From Lama guanicoe (Eukaryota): a DNA stretch of 64,000 nucleotides. Shown here in pieces: positions 17,590 to 44,650 of the stretch. The translations under genes were made by a program, and so were the position numbers. Position 1 is the first letter of the stretch; each line of letters begins with the position of its first letter. The notes under the pieces are model-generated. The model saw nothing but the letters and a program-made list of their open reading frames with translations. It ran no database searches and was not told where the DNA came from. Where the stretch lies: positions 17,426,445 through 17,490,444 of the forward strand of contig MU055594.1 of NCBI GenBank assembly GCA_013239625.1, given 5' to 3'.

Positions 17590-18134
17590 GGGGAAGTTTC
17601 TGCCACCTCCCTTCCTGAGCCTGCTGTTGTCTCCACTGCCCCTGCCCATCTCTCACCCGCCTGCCCCTTTGGACCCTGGACTCGGTATACCTCCACATGG
17701 AGTTGTTGGACTAGAGATGTTTTCTGTGCTGTGAACTCAGTGGGGAGCTGTAGGTGGGGAGGGCTAGGTCCCTTCCTCCTTGGGCCGAGGGCCCCTTCCC
17801 CTTGGTGCTCTGTCCCATCCACCTCCCTCCAGCTGCTCCTGGGCCTCTGCTCTGCCCCATGCCAGCCATGCTCTGCTGGGAATAGAAGGAGGGAATGGGG
17901 TGAAGGGAGAAGCAAGCAGTGTCTGAGCCTCAGGAGCTTCCCCCCTACCCGTATTTCCACTCCTTCCCCCTGCTTGAGCCATGGGCATTGATTGGGAGCT
18001 GAGAGTTGCAGCTGTTGGCATGAAACCTCCTTCTCCCTTACCTGGGGAGGCAAGGACCAGCAGATAATCCCACCCTTCCTTAAGCTGTTGCTGCGCCCTG
18101 ACGCTCTCAGCCAGCTCCGATTTTATAAAAATGA

Positions 18135-18140
18135 AATAAA
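18135..18140 (+). terminator. KLHDC3 polyadenylation signal AATAAA
   Basis: AATAAA followed by a GT/T-rich downstream element. Confidence 0.75.
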
Positions 18141-18279
18141 AATCTCCATACGTGTGATCTTTTGTGGAATATGATGGGGATGGTAGGAGTGTGCTATGGG
18201 GGCAGAGTGCTAAGGTTCTGGCTTCTCAGCCAAGAGCATTAGGCAACTAGACATCATGACGGCTGGACGTAGTCTCTCA

Positions 18280-18720
18280 TCGGCGCGGACAGTGCCATGC
18301 GACGGAAAGGTGGCGACTTTACCTCGAGTGGGCGCTCTCTTAGGCCCAGAACCCAAGGGCAGCCCGTCTGACCCCGCCCGGCGGCTCAGCAGTGGGCAGG
18401 TTCTGCTCTGCTGTCCTGTGCCGCGTGTACTCGGCCTCCCATAGACACCGGAAGGGGCGGGGCGAGGGCCGCTGGAGCGGAAGTAGCGCCATTCGTCTTC
18501 GCCGCGCCGCACGAACGGATGCCGAGAGCGAGCTCTCGCGACTGGGCGGCTGCCGAGTCTCCAGGTGGGGCCCAGGATGATTGGGAAGACTCCAAGGGCC
18601 TGGAGTCCGAAGACTTGCGGAAGGGTGTGGGTACGGCGCTGGGCTGAGGGGTAGCGTGGGCGCTGGGGGCGGGGAGAGGATCCAGACGGCGGTGCCCGCC
18701 CCGCGCCCAGTAACTCAAGA
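18280..18720 (+). promoter_or_regulatory. RRP36 CpG-island promoter
   Basis: CpG rich, GC boxes, ETS sites CCGGAAG and GCGGAAGT just upstream of ATG 18519. Confidence 0.75.
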
Positions 18721-21700
18721 GTCTGGTGTGGGCTCTAACCCTGTGGACGCCGTCACCATGAGACTGCTCAATTCTCTGACAGACTCAAACACTGGGGCGC
18801 CCCCCAACGCACTGGAAAGTGGGGAGTGAGAGAGGATGCTTCCTGGATTAGGACATCCTGAACAGTTTCTTAAAGGGAGGATGAGGGTTTTGCGCAGGGA
18901 GAAAACGGATGTTCAAAAGCACAGTCAGGAAAGGGCATGGATGGTTGGGGAATAGTTAGTAGGTCAGGAGTCAACAAATTTCAGAAACACTGTTGAGCAT
19001 CTGTTGTATGCAGGTACAGTTCTAGATGCTTAAGAGAGAATAGTGAATAAAGCAACCCAAAAAAGTTCTCTTACCTTTTAGGGGTTAAAAAACAAAAACC
19101 AAGCAAGTTGGTATATGAAAAGACAATAAAGCACAGAATGACATACTTTAAATGGTGAATTATATGGTATATGAGTTGTATCCCAGTTTTTCAAAAAAAT
19201 GATAAGAGCTTTGAAGAGAAAGCAGAGGCAGGGTTGCAGTTTTTAAGTAATCACAGAAGGCCTCGCTGAGTAGGGGACATTTGAGAAATACTTTGAAGGA
19301 GGTGAGAGCAAGTAATAAATACATCTGGAGGAAGTGTTCCCAAGCAGAGGCAAAATTAAGTGCAAAGGAACTAAGATGGGAACATACCTCCCTGCTTAGG
19401 AACTGCTAGGATGCCAGTCGACTGGAAAGGAGTAGGAAGATTAGAGACAATATGGGGTTTTGGTCACGTGGGGGTTTCAGGTTGTTACAAAGCCTATAGC
19501 TTTTATTTTGAGCAAGATAGAAGCCATTGGGGAATTTTGAGTTCTGATCTGAAGGATATGTATGTGGAAATAAGGTGGGAGTGCTAAGATCGGATTTGCA
19601 TTTTCGATGTCTCTCTCTGGGGAGCATAGCTTCAAGAGGATTGAGAGTGGAAGTTGAGAGAGCAGTTAGGAGGCTAGAGCACTGATAAAAGTGAGAGGTG
19701 TTGAGAGTATTCTGAACCAGAATAATGACAGTGGTACCTGAGCAAGGGAGGCAGGAGCCCTTGTGGGGAAGCCTGCAAAGGAATAATTTAAAAGAGAAGA
19801 TGAAAGGGAAGAGGGTATAGCTCAGTGGTAGAGCACATACTTAGCATGCACGAAGTCATGGGCTCAATCCTCAAGTAACCCCATTAAATTCACCATCATC
19901 ATCATCATCATACCTAATCACCCCTCCTCCCCCCAAAAGAGAGAAGATGAAAAAGAAGAAACTGGCTTGGTCCACCTCCAGCCTTACATATACACCTTAG
20001 CAAGATGAGGCCCCAGGTAACTGGAACAGATGGGGAGTTAGGTGTCAGTGTAGCACCGTTACAACTTGTGCTGCCCGGGATCTGCAGTGATGGGCCTTAA
20101 GGTTAGGATATTGGAAAGGATCAGTGACCTAAGGAGTAAGGATGGGATGGTGTCTTTGCAGCAGTGGAAGGTGCTGAGCTGAACATCTTGTGGTCCCCCC
20201 ACCCCACTTCCACAGGCACATCTAACATGTCATTTGAGGAGCTGTTGGAATTGCAGAACCAAATGGGGACTAAGACATTCAAACAATTGGTAACTGGAAA
20301 CAGCACTAAGAAGCAAGGTTCTAGACCACCTGTCCAAAAAGCGTGTGTTGCAGATAAGCACAGGTGAGGAGCAAGGCCTGTCCCAGTTGTTGGAGGATAC
20401 CTGGGACCTTGAGTAATTGTCTGCTTTCCTGGATGGCAGGTGGGAGGCCTGTGACCTGTCCTTTGATTTCCCTGTAGGCCTCTGGAAATGTCAGCCAAGG
20501 TCCGGGTGCCATTTTTGCGTCAAGTTGTCCCCATCAGTAAGAAGGTGAGGAGGAGGCAGTAAGCACTTTCTAAGTGAAAGGACACCGAACAATTCTTTTA
20601 TATTCTCTGTTCTCTCCAAAGGTAGCCCGGGACCCCCGCTTTGACGATCTGTCAGGGGAATATAATCCTGAGGTGTTTGATAAAACATATAAATTTCTAA
20701 ATGACATCCGAGCCAGAGAGAAAGAGGTGTGTAGCATGGGACTGGTTTGTGGGGACTCCGAGGGGTGGAAAACTAGAGCACAGGTTAGGGAGTCTGGCAG
20801 AAGGGAGTAGGGTGCATCAGTTCACTAGCTGATGTCATCATTGGCAGGTTACTTAACCAATTTCTGCTTCAGTTTCCTAATCATAAAAAGAGATAATAAT
20901 TCCTGTCTCATAGTGTCATTGAGTTAACACGTGAATCTCTTAGAATAACGCTAGGCACAAAGTTTTAGCTAACATTTACAGAATGCTAACCATCATATTC
21001 ACCTTTCAATGTGGAGCTTGTGAAAAAGCAGTTGAAGAAGCGCCGTTCAGGGGAGGAGCATGAGAAACTGCAGCAGCTGCTTCAGCGAATGGTGAGTAGG
21101 TGAGAATTACCCAGGGAGGGGGAAGTAGGGAGAGCAGGTAGAAGTGAAAGGTGATTCACAGTCCCTCCTATTCACCTGTCCCCCCAATCTCGTCTTTGCT
21201 CATCAGGAGCAGCAAGAAATGATACAGCAGGAACGGAAGCAGCAGCAGGAGCTGCGCCTGGCACTGAAGCAGGAACGGCGGGCTCAGGCCCAGCAGGGCC
21301 ATCGGCCGTACTTCCTGAAGAAATGTGAGTAGGGCACAGCTATGACCGACTAGTTACAGGGATGGGGGTTGGGTGGCCATAGTGGCAGGATGCTGTATTG
21401 GGGGCCTATGAGCTCCCTAAGGGAGGCATGAAGGCTGGATCCTATGGTAAGTTGAAGGAAAGTAGAAATAGTAGGGCAGGGTTGTGTATAACCATTCCTG
21501 TATCCCTAATTAGACTATGGGCAGGAAGTGTCACTCGTATCTCTGTTAGGTTGGGCACAGAGAAGAAACTCACATTGAGAAAGAGTAGAATCATAGGAGT
21601 CACCTTGCTTCCACACACCGGTGAACTCCGGATATGTTATGTATTCGAGCAAAGTGGTTAAGAATTACGGGCCTGGGGAAAGGGAAAGGGGGCTTTCTTT

Positions 21701-21869
21701 GCTTACCAGCTTTTTTTCTTCCTGTGCTCCAGCTGAGCAGCGCCAGTTGGTCCTCGCTGAAAAGTTCAAGGAGCTGAAACGCAGCAAGAAGTTAGAGAGC
21801 TTTTTGAGTCGAAAGAGGCGCCGAAATGCAGGCAAGGACAGAAGACATCTCCCTTTGAGCAAAGAGTGA
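18519..21869 (+). CDS. RRP36: Ribosomal RNA processing protein 36, ~251 aa
   Basis: Exons 18519-18624 (or -18630), 20216-20363 (TSNMSFEELLELQ), 20478-20544, 20622-20726 (RDPRFDDLSG), 21017-21091, 21207-21324, 21733-21869 (RRNAGKDRRHLPLSKE*). Confidence 0.95.
18980..19740 (-). mobile_element. L2 LINE fragment
   Basis: Purine-rich antisense L2 signature (CTGTTGAGCATCTG.., GGAAGTGTTCCCAAGCAGAGG.., GAAGCCATTGGGGAATTTTGAG). Confidence 0.6.
19806..19939 (+). mobile_element. tRNA-derived SINE (camelid Vic-1 type) with a 13-bp target-site duplication
   Basis: Head GGTATAGCTCAGTGGTAGAGC (A box), degenerate B box GGCTCAATCC, CCTAATCACC tail; TSD AGAGAAGATGAAA at 19793-19805 and 19940-19952. Confidence 0.85.
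20830..20990 (+). mobile_element. MIR fragment
   Basis: GGTTACTTAACC..CTTCAGTTTCCTAATC..ATAATAAT core. Confidence 0.6.
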
Positions 21870-22332
21870 TAAGGAACTGTCCTCAGCTCTGCCACTACCC
21901 CAGTGAGAAATGCATCTGTGGGGACACCTTTGGGCTTGCCCTATTCTGATTCTTTCCCATTCAAGGGCGAGAATCACATCTGCCTTGGAACTAGATTGGC
22001 TCGGAGATGACTAGAGGGCTCTCTGACTGCCCCAGGGCTGACAGGAGGAGCAGGTCAGCCCTCTGCCATGCCACACTTGCCCTGCTTGGATCTGCTTCAT
22101 AATATTCTAGTGTCCTTCTCCCATCTGTGCCTTAAAATAATGATTCTGGTGTAGAAAGAGAAGGACCAGTGAGTGATCTTGAGGCCATTTGAAGGCCATA
22201 GAGTCTGTCAGTGACTTCCAGGGCTGGGACTCTGTAGGAGCCAGTTCATAAACACTCTTATTACTCATCTTTTTATTTTGTTTCTTTTGTGAGTGGCGTA
22301 GAACTATTGTTTCAGGGACATATGAGGTAGGC

Positions 22333-22338
22333 AATAAA
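22333..22338 (+). terminator. Probable RRP36 polyadenylation signal
   Basis: First AATAAA seen after the stop at 21869. Confidence 0.5.
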
Positions 22339-22536
22339 CCTAAGGTTCCTACAGAGTGGGAAGTCAGATCAGAGACCCATCCTACTTAAATCCAACAGCT
22401 GAAACAGTCATTCAGAGAGGGAACCAATCCCACAACTCACCTCCTTAGCTTTGATTTTGGATTCAAGGGGTGGTAGGATGTGGGACAAAGAGCTTCCCCA
22501 ATAACTTGTAAACACAGCTGGCTCTCAGTAGTTGGG

Positions 22537-22685
22537 TTTTTTTGTTTGTTTGTTTTAGTGTTATTTTATTTGGGGGTGGTAATTGGGTTTTTTAATTTAT
22601 TATTTTTAGTGGAGGTACTGGGGATTGAACCCAGGACCTTGTGCTTGCTAGGTATACACTCTACCACTGAGCATACCCTTACCCC
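22537..22685 (-). mobile_element. tRNA-derived SINE (Vic-1 type)
   Basis: GGAGGTACTGGGGATTGAACCCAGGACC...CTCTACCACTGAGC on +, T-rich tail to the left, imperfect TSD CTCAGTA..GTTGGG. Confidence 0.85.
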
Positions 22686-22779
22686 CTCAGTACTGTTGGG
22701 GTGGACAGTTCATACTAATGTGGGCTGGAAAATCCTCAAGCTGACAATTAAGTTTACAAGGATCTCAGGTTGATGGTCT

Positions 22780-23480
22780 CTCTAGGTACCTGGCAGAACC
22801 AAATACAATCCTCTCTTGAGGACTGAACTTTAAATCTAGGCCTCAAGGAATTCCTTCAGATAGAATTTCAAGGAATATGAGCCTACAGTGAAGACACAAA
22901 GCGCACGAGGAAAGAAACTACCATGAGCAGGAGTCGTAAGAAACAATAGGCAATAAAATCAAACCAGCAAGACTTGAGATGTTGGAAGTATAAAATACAA
23001 AAAAACAAGTCTTATGATGAAAGAAAAGGTATGCTAATGAAAAAAAGGACCAAATTAGTTTGATTAAAAAATTTTTTTAATGAAAAATATACTATTTGAA
23101 GTTACAGACTTTATGATTAAGTGGCAGATTAGACACATCAGGAAGGAAAATGAGCTGGAAGTAGATCTGAAGAGGGTATACCCATGGAGCCCAGAGATAG
23201 AGAGAAAGAGAAACTAAGGAAAAGAGGTGAAAAAGCAGACGATAGAGTGAGGTGTGACCCAAACCAAAGTTGCAGAAGGAGGTAATTTTAAGGACGCTGA
23301 GAATTTTCTAGAATTGATAAAATTTATAAACTCTTAAGAATTAAGAAGACCAAGTTAATCACAAATAGGATGAGGGGGCAAATAAATGACAAAGATACAG
23401 AATATTAGAAAGATTAACATCTAAAAAGCAGCTGTAAAGAAAAAGGGAGGTAGAATTAGAAGTTAGGACATCTGTTATTA
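22780..23480 (+). mobile_element. Degraded L1 fragment (ORF1 region-like)
   Basis: A-rich, GCAGATTAGACACATCAG..GAGCTGGAAGTAGATCTGAAG..GCTGAGAATTTTCTAGAATTGAT. Confidence 0.5.
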
Positions 23481-24249
23481 CTTGATACTTCTTGGATGGG
23501 GGAAAGATGTTCTGATGATAAAAATGCATAAAATGTGCTGCTCCCAGTAATTGTAAGATGAGAGCTGTAGCTACCAGGATAGTTTGGCCCAAAGGGAGTG
23601 AGGGAGCCCATGCTCCAGGGTCCCCAGTGTCACATGTATCAGTCCTGCTTTAAAGCCAAAAAAACTGATTCTGGTTGATAAAAGCAGACGAAGACTATTG
23701 AACTATTTGGCTTACAGAGGAACTAAGGTTGGAGAGAAGCTCAAAAAAAAACAAAAAAAAGTCTAGTGAGGGATAAAGTCTGAGCAGTTAAAAGCACTCT
23801 AAATCCTACCTTGGAACCAGTGAGCTTTTGTGTGTGTGTGTTTAATTGAAGTATAGTCAGTTTACAACGTTGTGTTAATTTTCTCAGAACCAGTATTGAT
23901 GTGAAGATGTCACTGCCACTGCCACTGCCAAAGGCAGCACTCCATTTACCCCCTGCTCTGCTCTAGACAGATGTTCCTGGCAGAGGTATCTGATCACCTG
24001 GCTGCAAGGGGGAGGCTGGGAAAGCAAATGTCTGGTTTTTTGTATGGTGGGAGGTAGATTCTTCTACCTAGATTTGTGGTGGGAGGTTTCCAAGCGTGAG
24101 AAAGGTTCAGGTGAAGGGTGGTCAAGAAATCATGATGTATGTCCACTATGAGACTGTACTGGCCCCCAAGCCTGCTACTTTTCCCCTTCGACAAGGAGTC
24201 AGAGGAGACTTTGGAGAGCTGAGCTTCAGCTATGGGTTTGTTTGGTTTT

Positions 24250-24520
24250 GGTTTTTATTGTTAATAGCTTTATTGAGATACAATTCACATGCCTTCCAAT
24301 TTACCCACTGAAAGTGGGCAATTCAGTGGTTTTTAGTATATTCACAGAGTTGAATAACCACAATTTTGTAACATTTTCGGCACCCCGAAAAGAAATCCCG
24401 TACCTTCTAGCAGTCTTTTCCCCTTTCTTCCCAATTCCTCCAGCTCTAGGCAACCACCAAACCACTTTCTCTAGATTTATCTTATATAAATGGAATCAAT
24501 ATGTAGTCCTTTGTGTGCAA
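24250..24520 (-). mobile_element. L1M 3' end
   Basis: TTAATAGCTTTATTGAGATACAATTCACATG..CAATTCAGTGGTTTTTAGTATATTCACAGAGTTG. Confidence 0.7.
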
Positions 24521-24959
24521 ATCAGCTAAAGAGATATAAAGAATGAGGCTTTGCAGAATGAGGCTCACAAGGGGGTCAGGGTAGCAAACTTCCATCCCGA
24601 GTCAGCCTGGAGGTGTTCGCCCTGTAGGGATGAAAAGCCTTGAGCGCAGAGAAGGAGGCTCAGATCTCTTTACTGGTGCTGGTGAGAGAAGGCCAGTCAG
24701 GACTGCTTGCCTGGATGGCTCGATTTGGGCATATCAGCCAGGCCAGAGTCAAAGTGGGGTTAGATGGTATGTGTAGGAGCTGGACTGCAGACTGGAACGT
24801 GCAGGGTTTGGGGGATCAAGACTGGTGTGTTCTTCCCTTAAGAATCGTAGGCTGGTCCACTGCAGATGAGCAGGTGGGTACCCTACGGGGAAGTGCGGAG
24901 CAGGGCGACTGAGTAGGGATGAAGGGGTGGAAACAGGTGCAGCGGGTGAGCCTAGTTAG

Positions 24960-25420
24960 TGGCCTACAGCTCCACCCATGTAGGAGTCGGTGGGGGCAGC
25001 AGCAGCACAGGGTAGCAATGGGAGAAAGTCCCATGTGGTCCCCATGTGTGGTGCACGCTGGCCTGGCTGCTAGAGCCCAGGGGCTGTCCGGTGGGAAAGG
25101 GTTGGCTCATAAAGAGAATGAGAACCCAGAGAAGCAAAGAGCGCTGGCCCCAGAGAGCTGGCTCAAGAATGAGGGCACAGCCTGGACCAATAAGAGAAAC
25201 AGGCTGTGATCTCTGGCATAAAGTGGAGAGGCACCTAAGTGACAAATTGCAGCAGCCCCAGTGTGCCCACTGCTGCCCCAACCTGCTGCTGCCTCCCAGT
25301 AGCACGGGCCAGCAGGATGGTTCTGTGAGAACCAGCAGGAGCACCACACTGCAAAGTGGAGCAAGCATGGGCCCACCGTGTCTGTGTTGCTCTGTTGTCT
25401 CATCCTGGGCATCCTGACCT
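24960..25420 (-). pseudogene. Candidate decayed TMEM82-like (multi-pass membrane protein) gene relic
   Basis: Minus-strand translation across frameshifts gives QTRWA..LHFA...VGAAVGTLGLLQF/SLRCLSTL...FLSQLS(L)G...GFSF(L)YE...HRT, collinear with recalled TMEM82 RAQWA..VHLA...[21 protein letters not shown]...LLCQYSLG...GLSFLQE..HRT. Confidence 0.5.
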
Positions 25421-26398
25421 TCCTAAGCCCTGGCTTCTTTTTCTCTTGACTGATTTCATTCCAGGAGTATCTCAGTGTTGGGTGGCACCCAGTCGCCTTT
25501 GGTCTCTCTGCCCTCTCCCATCACCTGACTCTCCCCTCCTTTCTTCTGTAGCTTTCTCCTAATCACCTAGTCATGGACTCAGGATGCTTGGGTCACTCCC
25601 CTCCTCTGCCTCAGTGTGGGTGGGGCCAGGTGAGCCAATCATAGTAGCACAGAGCAAATCCCTTACAGTGGCAGAGGCCTGCCTCGGGCTAGTTGGGGTC
25701 CAGCTTTGGGGACAGTGTGCAGCTTGCAGGCAAGGCCCTGGGACTGGTGGAGGCAGAGTGAAGGGAGGAGGAGCCCATGAGGGCTGCAGTTCCTTCTAGG
25801 TTGGCTTCCAACCCAGATCCTAGAGCTTCTGAGTGGGACACACGTTAAGGTCTTGGGTGTTCGCAGTGGTTGCAAGGGTCCCTTACCTCACCATCCCCCT
25901 CAGTCTAACCTCGGGGGGGGGGGGCGCCGTGCACTGCACTCACTGCTGAACATGGCAGCAAGAGGGACTCAGGGGCAAAGCTTTCACTATGTCAAATGCT
26001 CCCACACTTGGTACTCGTCAGACTCTCACAGTGACTGCTCCAGTTCCACAAACAAGGAAAACAGCCTTGCTTGATGATGTGTGTGTTACAAGCTGTCCAG
26101 CTCGTGGCAAGGTGGGCTTGAGTCCCCAGCCTTCCTGGTGAAAGCACTTCTGAGAAGGCCCTCTGAGAAGACCCATCCGCGGAGTCTACTTAATCCCCCT
26201 GCCCAGAGGGGGATGCACAGTCCTACCCGACTCCCTCTGCCCTTCTCCCCAGGCTGCCATCCTCACCCTGAGTGGCTCCTAGCAGGCATGATGCAGCCTC
26301 AGAACAGAGGGCTCTTCCCTGTCAGTCAGGAAAGCACCCCCTGCCCCTGTCAGATTCCTAGCAGTCACCACACAGGTCAAGGAATCAAACTCTTGTAT

Positions 26399-26404
26399 TT
26401 TATT
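26399..26404 (-). terminator. CUL7 polyadenylation signal (TTTATT on +)
   Basis: AATAAA on the minus strand ~46 nt after the TAA. Confidence 0.8.
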
Positions 26405-26450
26405 CTGTAGAAAGCCCTGGCCCTACCTAGCCCTGGCCCCGCCTCCAGAG

Positions 26451-38991
<12,541 letters not shown>

Positions 38992-39539
38992 CTAAAGTGA
39001 GAGAGAAGGTCAGACAATCAAGGACACCCAGGAGTTAGGGCAGCAAATGTGGCAACAGCTGTCAGGCTGGGTAGGGTAAAAATCAGGGCCCAGGAGTTGC
39101 CTGCTGCAGGCTGGGTGGGGCCAGGCCTAAGGAGAGGAAAGCTGGGGTGTTTGTGCTGAAAGAACTCAAAATCTGGAGACTAAACGGAGGGTCCAAGGCC
39201 CTGCATGCAGCATGGAGTGAGTTCATCTGGAGCAGTGGGAAGGGGGCGGTGGGGGGCAGGGCAGCCTTGGAATTAAAGTGAATCCCAGAGCCCTGGGAGA
39301 GGCTGCAGCAGACCTGGGAAAGAGAGTACGCGAAGCCCAGAGGCCTGTATGTATTGGACTGCTGGGGATTGAGACTCCGAGTGTGTATGGGAAGGGCCGT
39401 TAGGTCCAATGGTTGAAGCAATGGAGTGAGTCTGCAGAGGCAAGAGACCCAGAGACCTGGGTGGTAGAGGCAGGGTGCTGAGAGCCATGGGCTGGGAGGC
39501 TGGAGGCGCCAAAGACTGGAGGTACTGGAGCAGCAAGGA

Positions 39540-40270
39540 CGGTGGGGGCGACGCGAGGCCCCGAACAGGGTGCACAGGAGACCCGATGAGTAAGAGGAGC
39601 GAAGCTCGGGGGACCGGGATGGAAGACCCGAGAAACCGGGGCGCGCGTCAAGGTGTGGGGGAGGGTGGTAGGCCAGATAAGCCAGAATCCCGAGGCGCGG
39701 TGGAACGGGGGATGGGAGGCCCGGTGGGCGAGTGGGCGGAGGAAAATGGGCTCGGGGCAGGGGGCCGCGACGGGGCTCTGGCCACCTCAGAAGTCGACGG
39801 GGGTCCTGGCGCGAGGCCTGTCCTTCGCCGAGCTAGGGACGCGGCGCAGACGATGGCGGCAGCGCTGGAGGAGATTTGGGCCCCGCCTGGGCCCCCCGAA
39901 GGGGTCGAGGCGGAGAGGCGGGAGGGGGCGTGTCTCCGCTGGACAGGCGGCAGCAGGGGGCGTGGCGCACAGGGACCGAACGCCCTGGGGCCGCGCCGCC
40001 GTCACCGCCCCGCCCGCGCGCGGGTCTGCGGCCTCCGGGGCCGGGCAGGGCGGGGCCTGTCCCCAGGCAGCGGCGCCGCCCGCCCGCTCCGAGCTGCGGC
40101 TCATTTCCGCCAGGGCCAGCGGAAAGCTGGGGGCCCGGGGAGAGCGCTGGGGCGGAGCTGCAGGTGCCACCTCGGCGACGCGCGGCACCTCCTCCTCCGC
40201 GCCGCCCTTTCCTCTTCCTTTTCATCCCTCCCCCTACCTCCTGCCACCGGAAGTGACTTCCCCGCTTCCC
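39540..40270 (-). promoter_or_regulatory. CUL7 CpG-island promoter and non-coding exon 1 (donor next to 39786)
   Basis: Very GC/CpG rich; minus-strand CTTCTGAG|GTGGC donor; inverted ETS pair GGAAGTGACTTCC 40249-40261. Confidence 0.8.
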
Positions 40271-40501
40271 AGAGTTAGAACTGCAAGAAACCATGGAGGT
40301 CATTTATTTTCCTCTCCTCCATTACATAGAAAAGGACCAAGGCAAGGGGGGCGGCCTCAGTTTTTGCCCCATTCATTGGATCCATTTATTTTCCTTCCCT
40401 TCCCCTCCACGGTTGTTTGTTCCTGTCTGCCCCCGCCCCAGCCCAGTATGTACCATCTTCCCTACCCCCAAAAACCAGAAACAAATGAAAATAGGGGCCA
40501 C

Positions 40502-40507
40502 TTTATT
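40502..40507 (-). terminator. MRPL2 polyadenylation signal (TTTATT on +)
   Basis: AATAAA 14 nt after the TGA on the minus strand. Confidence 0.75.
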
Positions 40508-40521
40508 TGAGTCCAGGGATA

Positions 40522-43935
<3,414 letters not shown>

Positions 43936-43939
43936 GAGC

Positions 43940-44650
43940 TTGGCCAGAATCGGTCGGGCTCAGCACACCACCATCACCTTTAGACAGGCCGCCTGGCTCT
44001 GCTGGATGACGCTAACAGGTCTCGGTGCTGTCGCTCCATCGTGACGTAAAGAGAGACAAGCAGAGAACCAAAGACCAAGTTGGACACACACTCCTTTCCT
44101 CCCTGCGCGTGGTCAGAGCCAATCCCGGGGTGGCTGTTAGGTCGCGTGACTGGCTAACAGGCTCCGCCCCTCAGAGCAGTCAAAACAATTGCCTCGAGCG
44201 GCAGCCATGATGGATTTAAAGGGGCAGTACCGGCAAGGGTGGCAGCGAGACCGACAGACTGCGGGTGAGTCTTTGAGGGTCCTCTGGGCTGAGAGTTGAG
44301 GTCCCGCTACCTCTTTACTGCACTCCCGGGCAGATGACCAAATGAGCCCCTCTGTCGGATTTCACACACTCCAGTTAGACTCAAAAACTCCGCCCCCCGC
44401 GATTCTTCCCGCCCCTCGGCCTCCAGACAGACAGACAGAAGGTCTGCCCCGCCCCCTGCGCTACCTATTGACTCAGTGACCTCGGGATTGTCTGGCCCCG
44501 GGTACTCGCTCGCGACGCAGACCTCTTCCCATCACCCTTGCGCATCTCGTTCTATCCCCACCCTGGGCCTCAGGGCATGTCGACAGCCTGGGAAATATCA
44601 CCGCACTCCCAGGCCCGCGAGACCAACCCCCAGCGGTGCGTATCCTTGTG
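43940..44650. promoter_or_regulatory. Bidirectional promoter shared by MRPL2 and KLC4, including KLC4 non-coding exon 1 (donor at 44265)
   Basis: Head-to-head genes; CRE-like TGACGTAA 44042, CCAAT box ~44119, GC boxes, CpG enrichment, GCGG|GTGAGT donor. Confidence 0.75.

Noticed and set aside
19806-19880. Apparent tRNA gene
   Set aside because: Degenerate B box, no intact cloverleaf, SINE tail and TSD present; it is a SINE head. The same holds for the other two copies.
24640-25420. Scattered resemblance of minus-strand frames to STING1 (SYW, WALA, HG-WS, KGR, TPL-TL), to a class A GPCR TM6/TM7 and to OC-STAMP
   Set aside because: These needed many arbitrary frame switches and gave mutually competing alignments. 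The TMEM82-like alignment explains the same bases with longer contiguous identity and consistent spacing.
25420-26390. Possible remnant of CUL9-type RING-IBR-RING exons downstream of CUL7
   Set aside because: Cys-containing frames exist, but no convincing RING/IBR spacing or exon structure was found by eye.
39475-40510. Long ORFs (267 aa, 285 aa and others) over the CUL7 CpG island
   Set aside because: Gly/Ala/Arg/Pro-rich products on both strands, as expected from stop-codon scarcity in GC-rich DNA; no recognisable domain.
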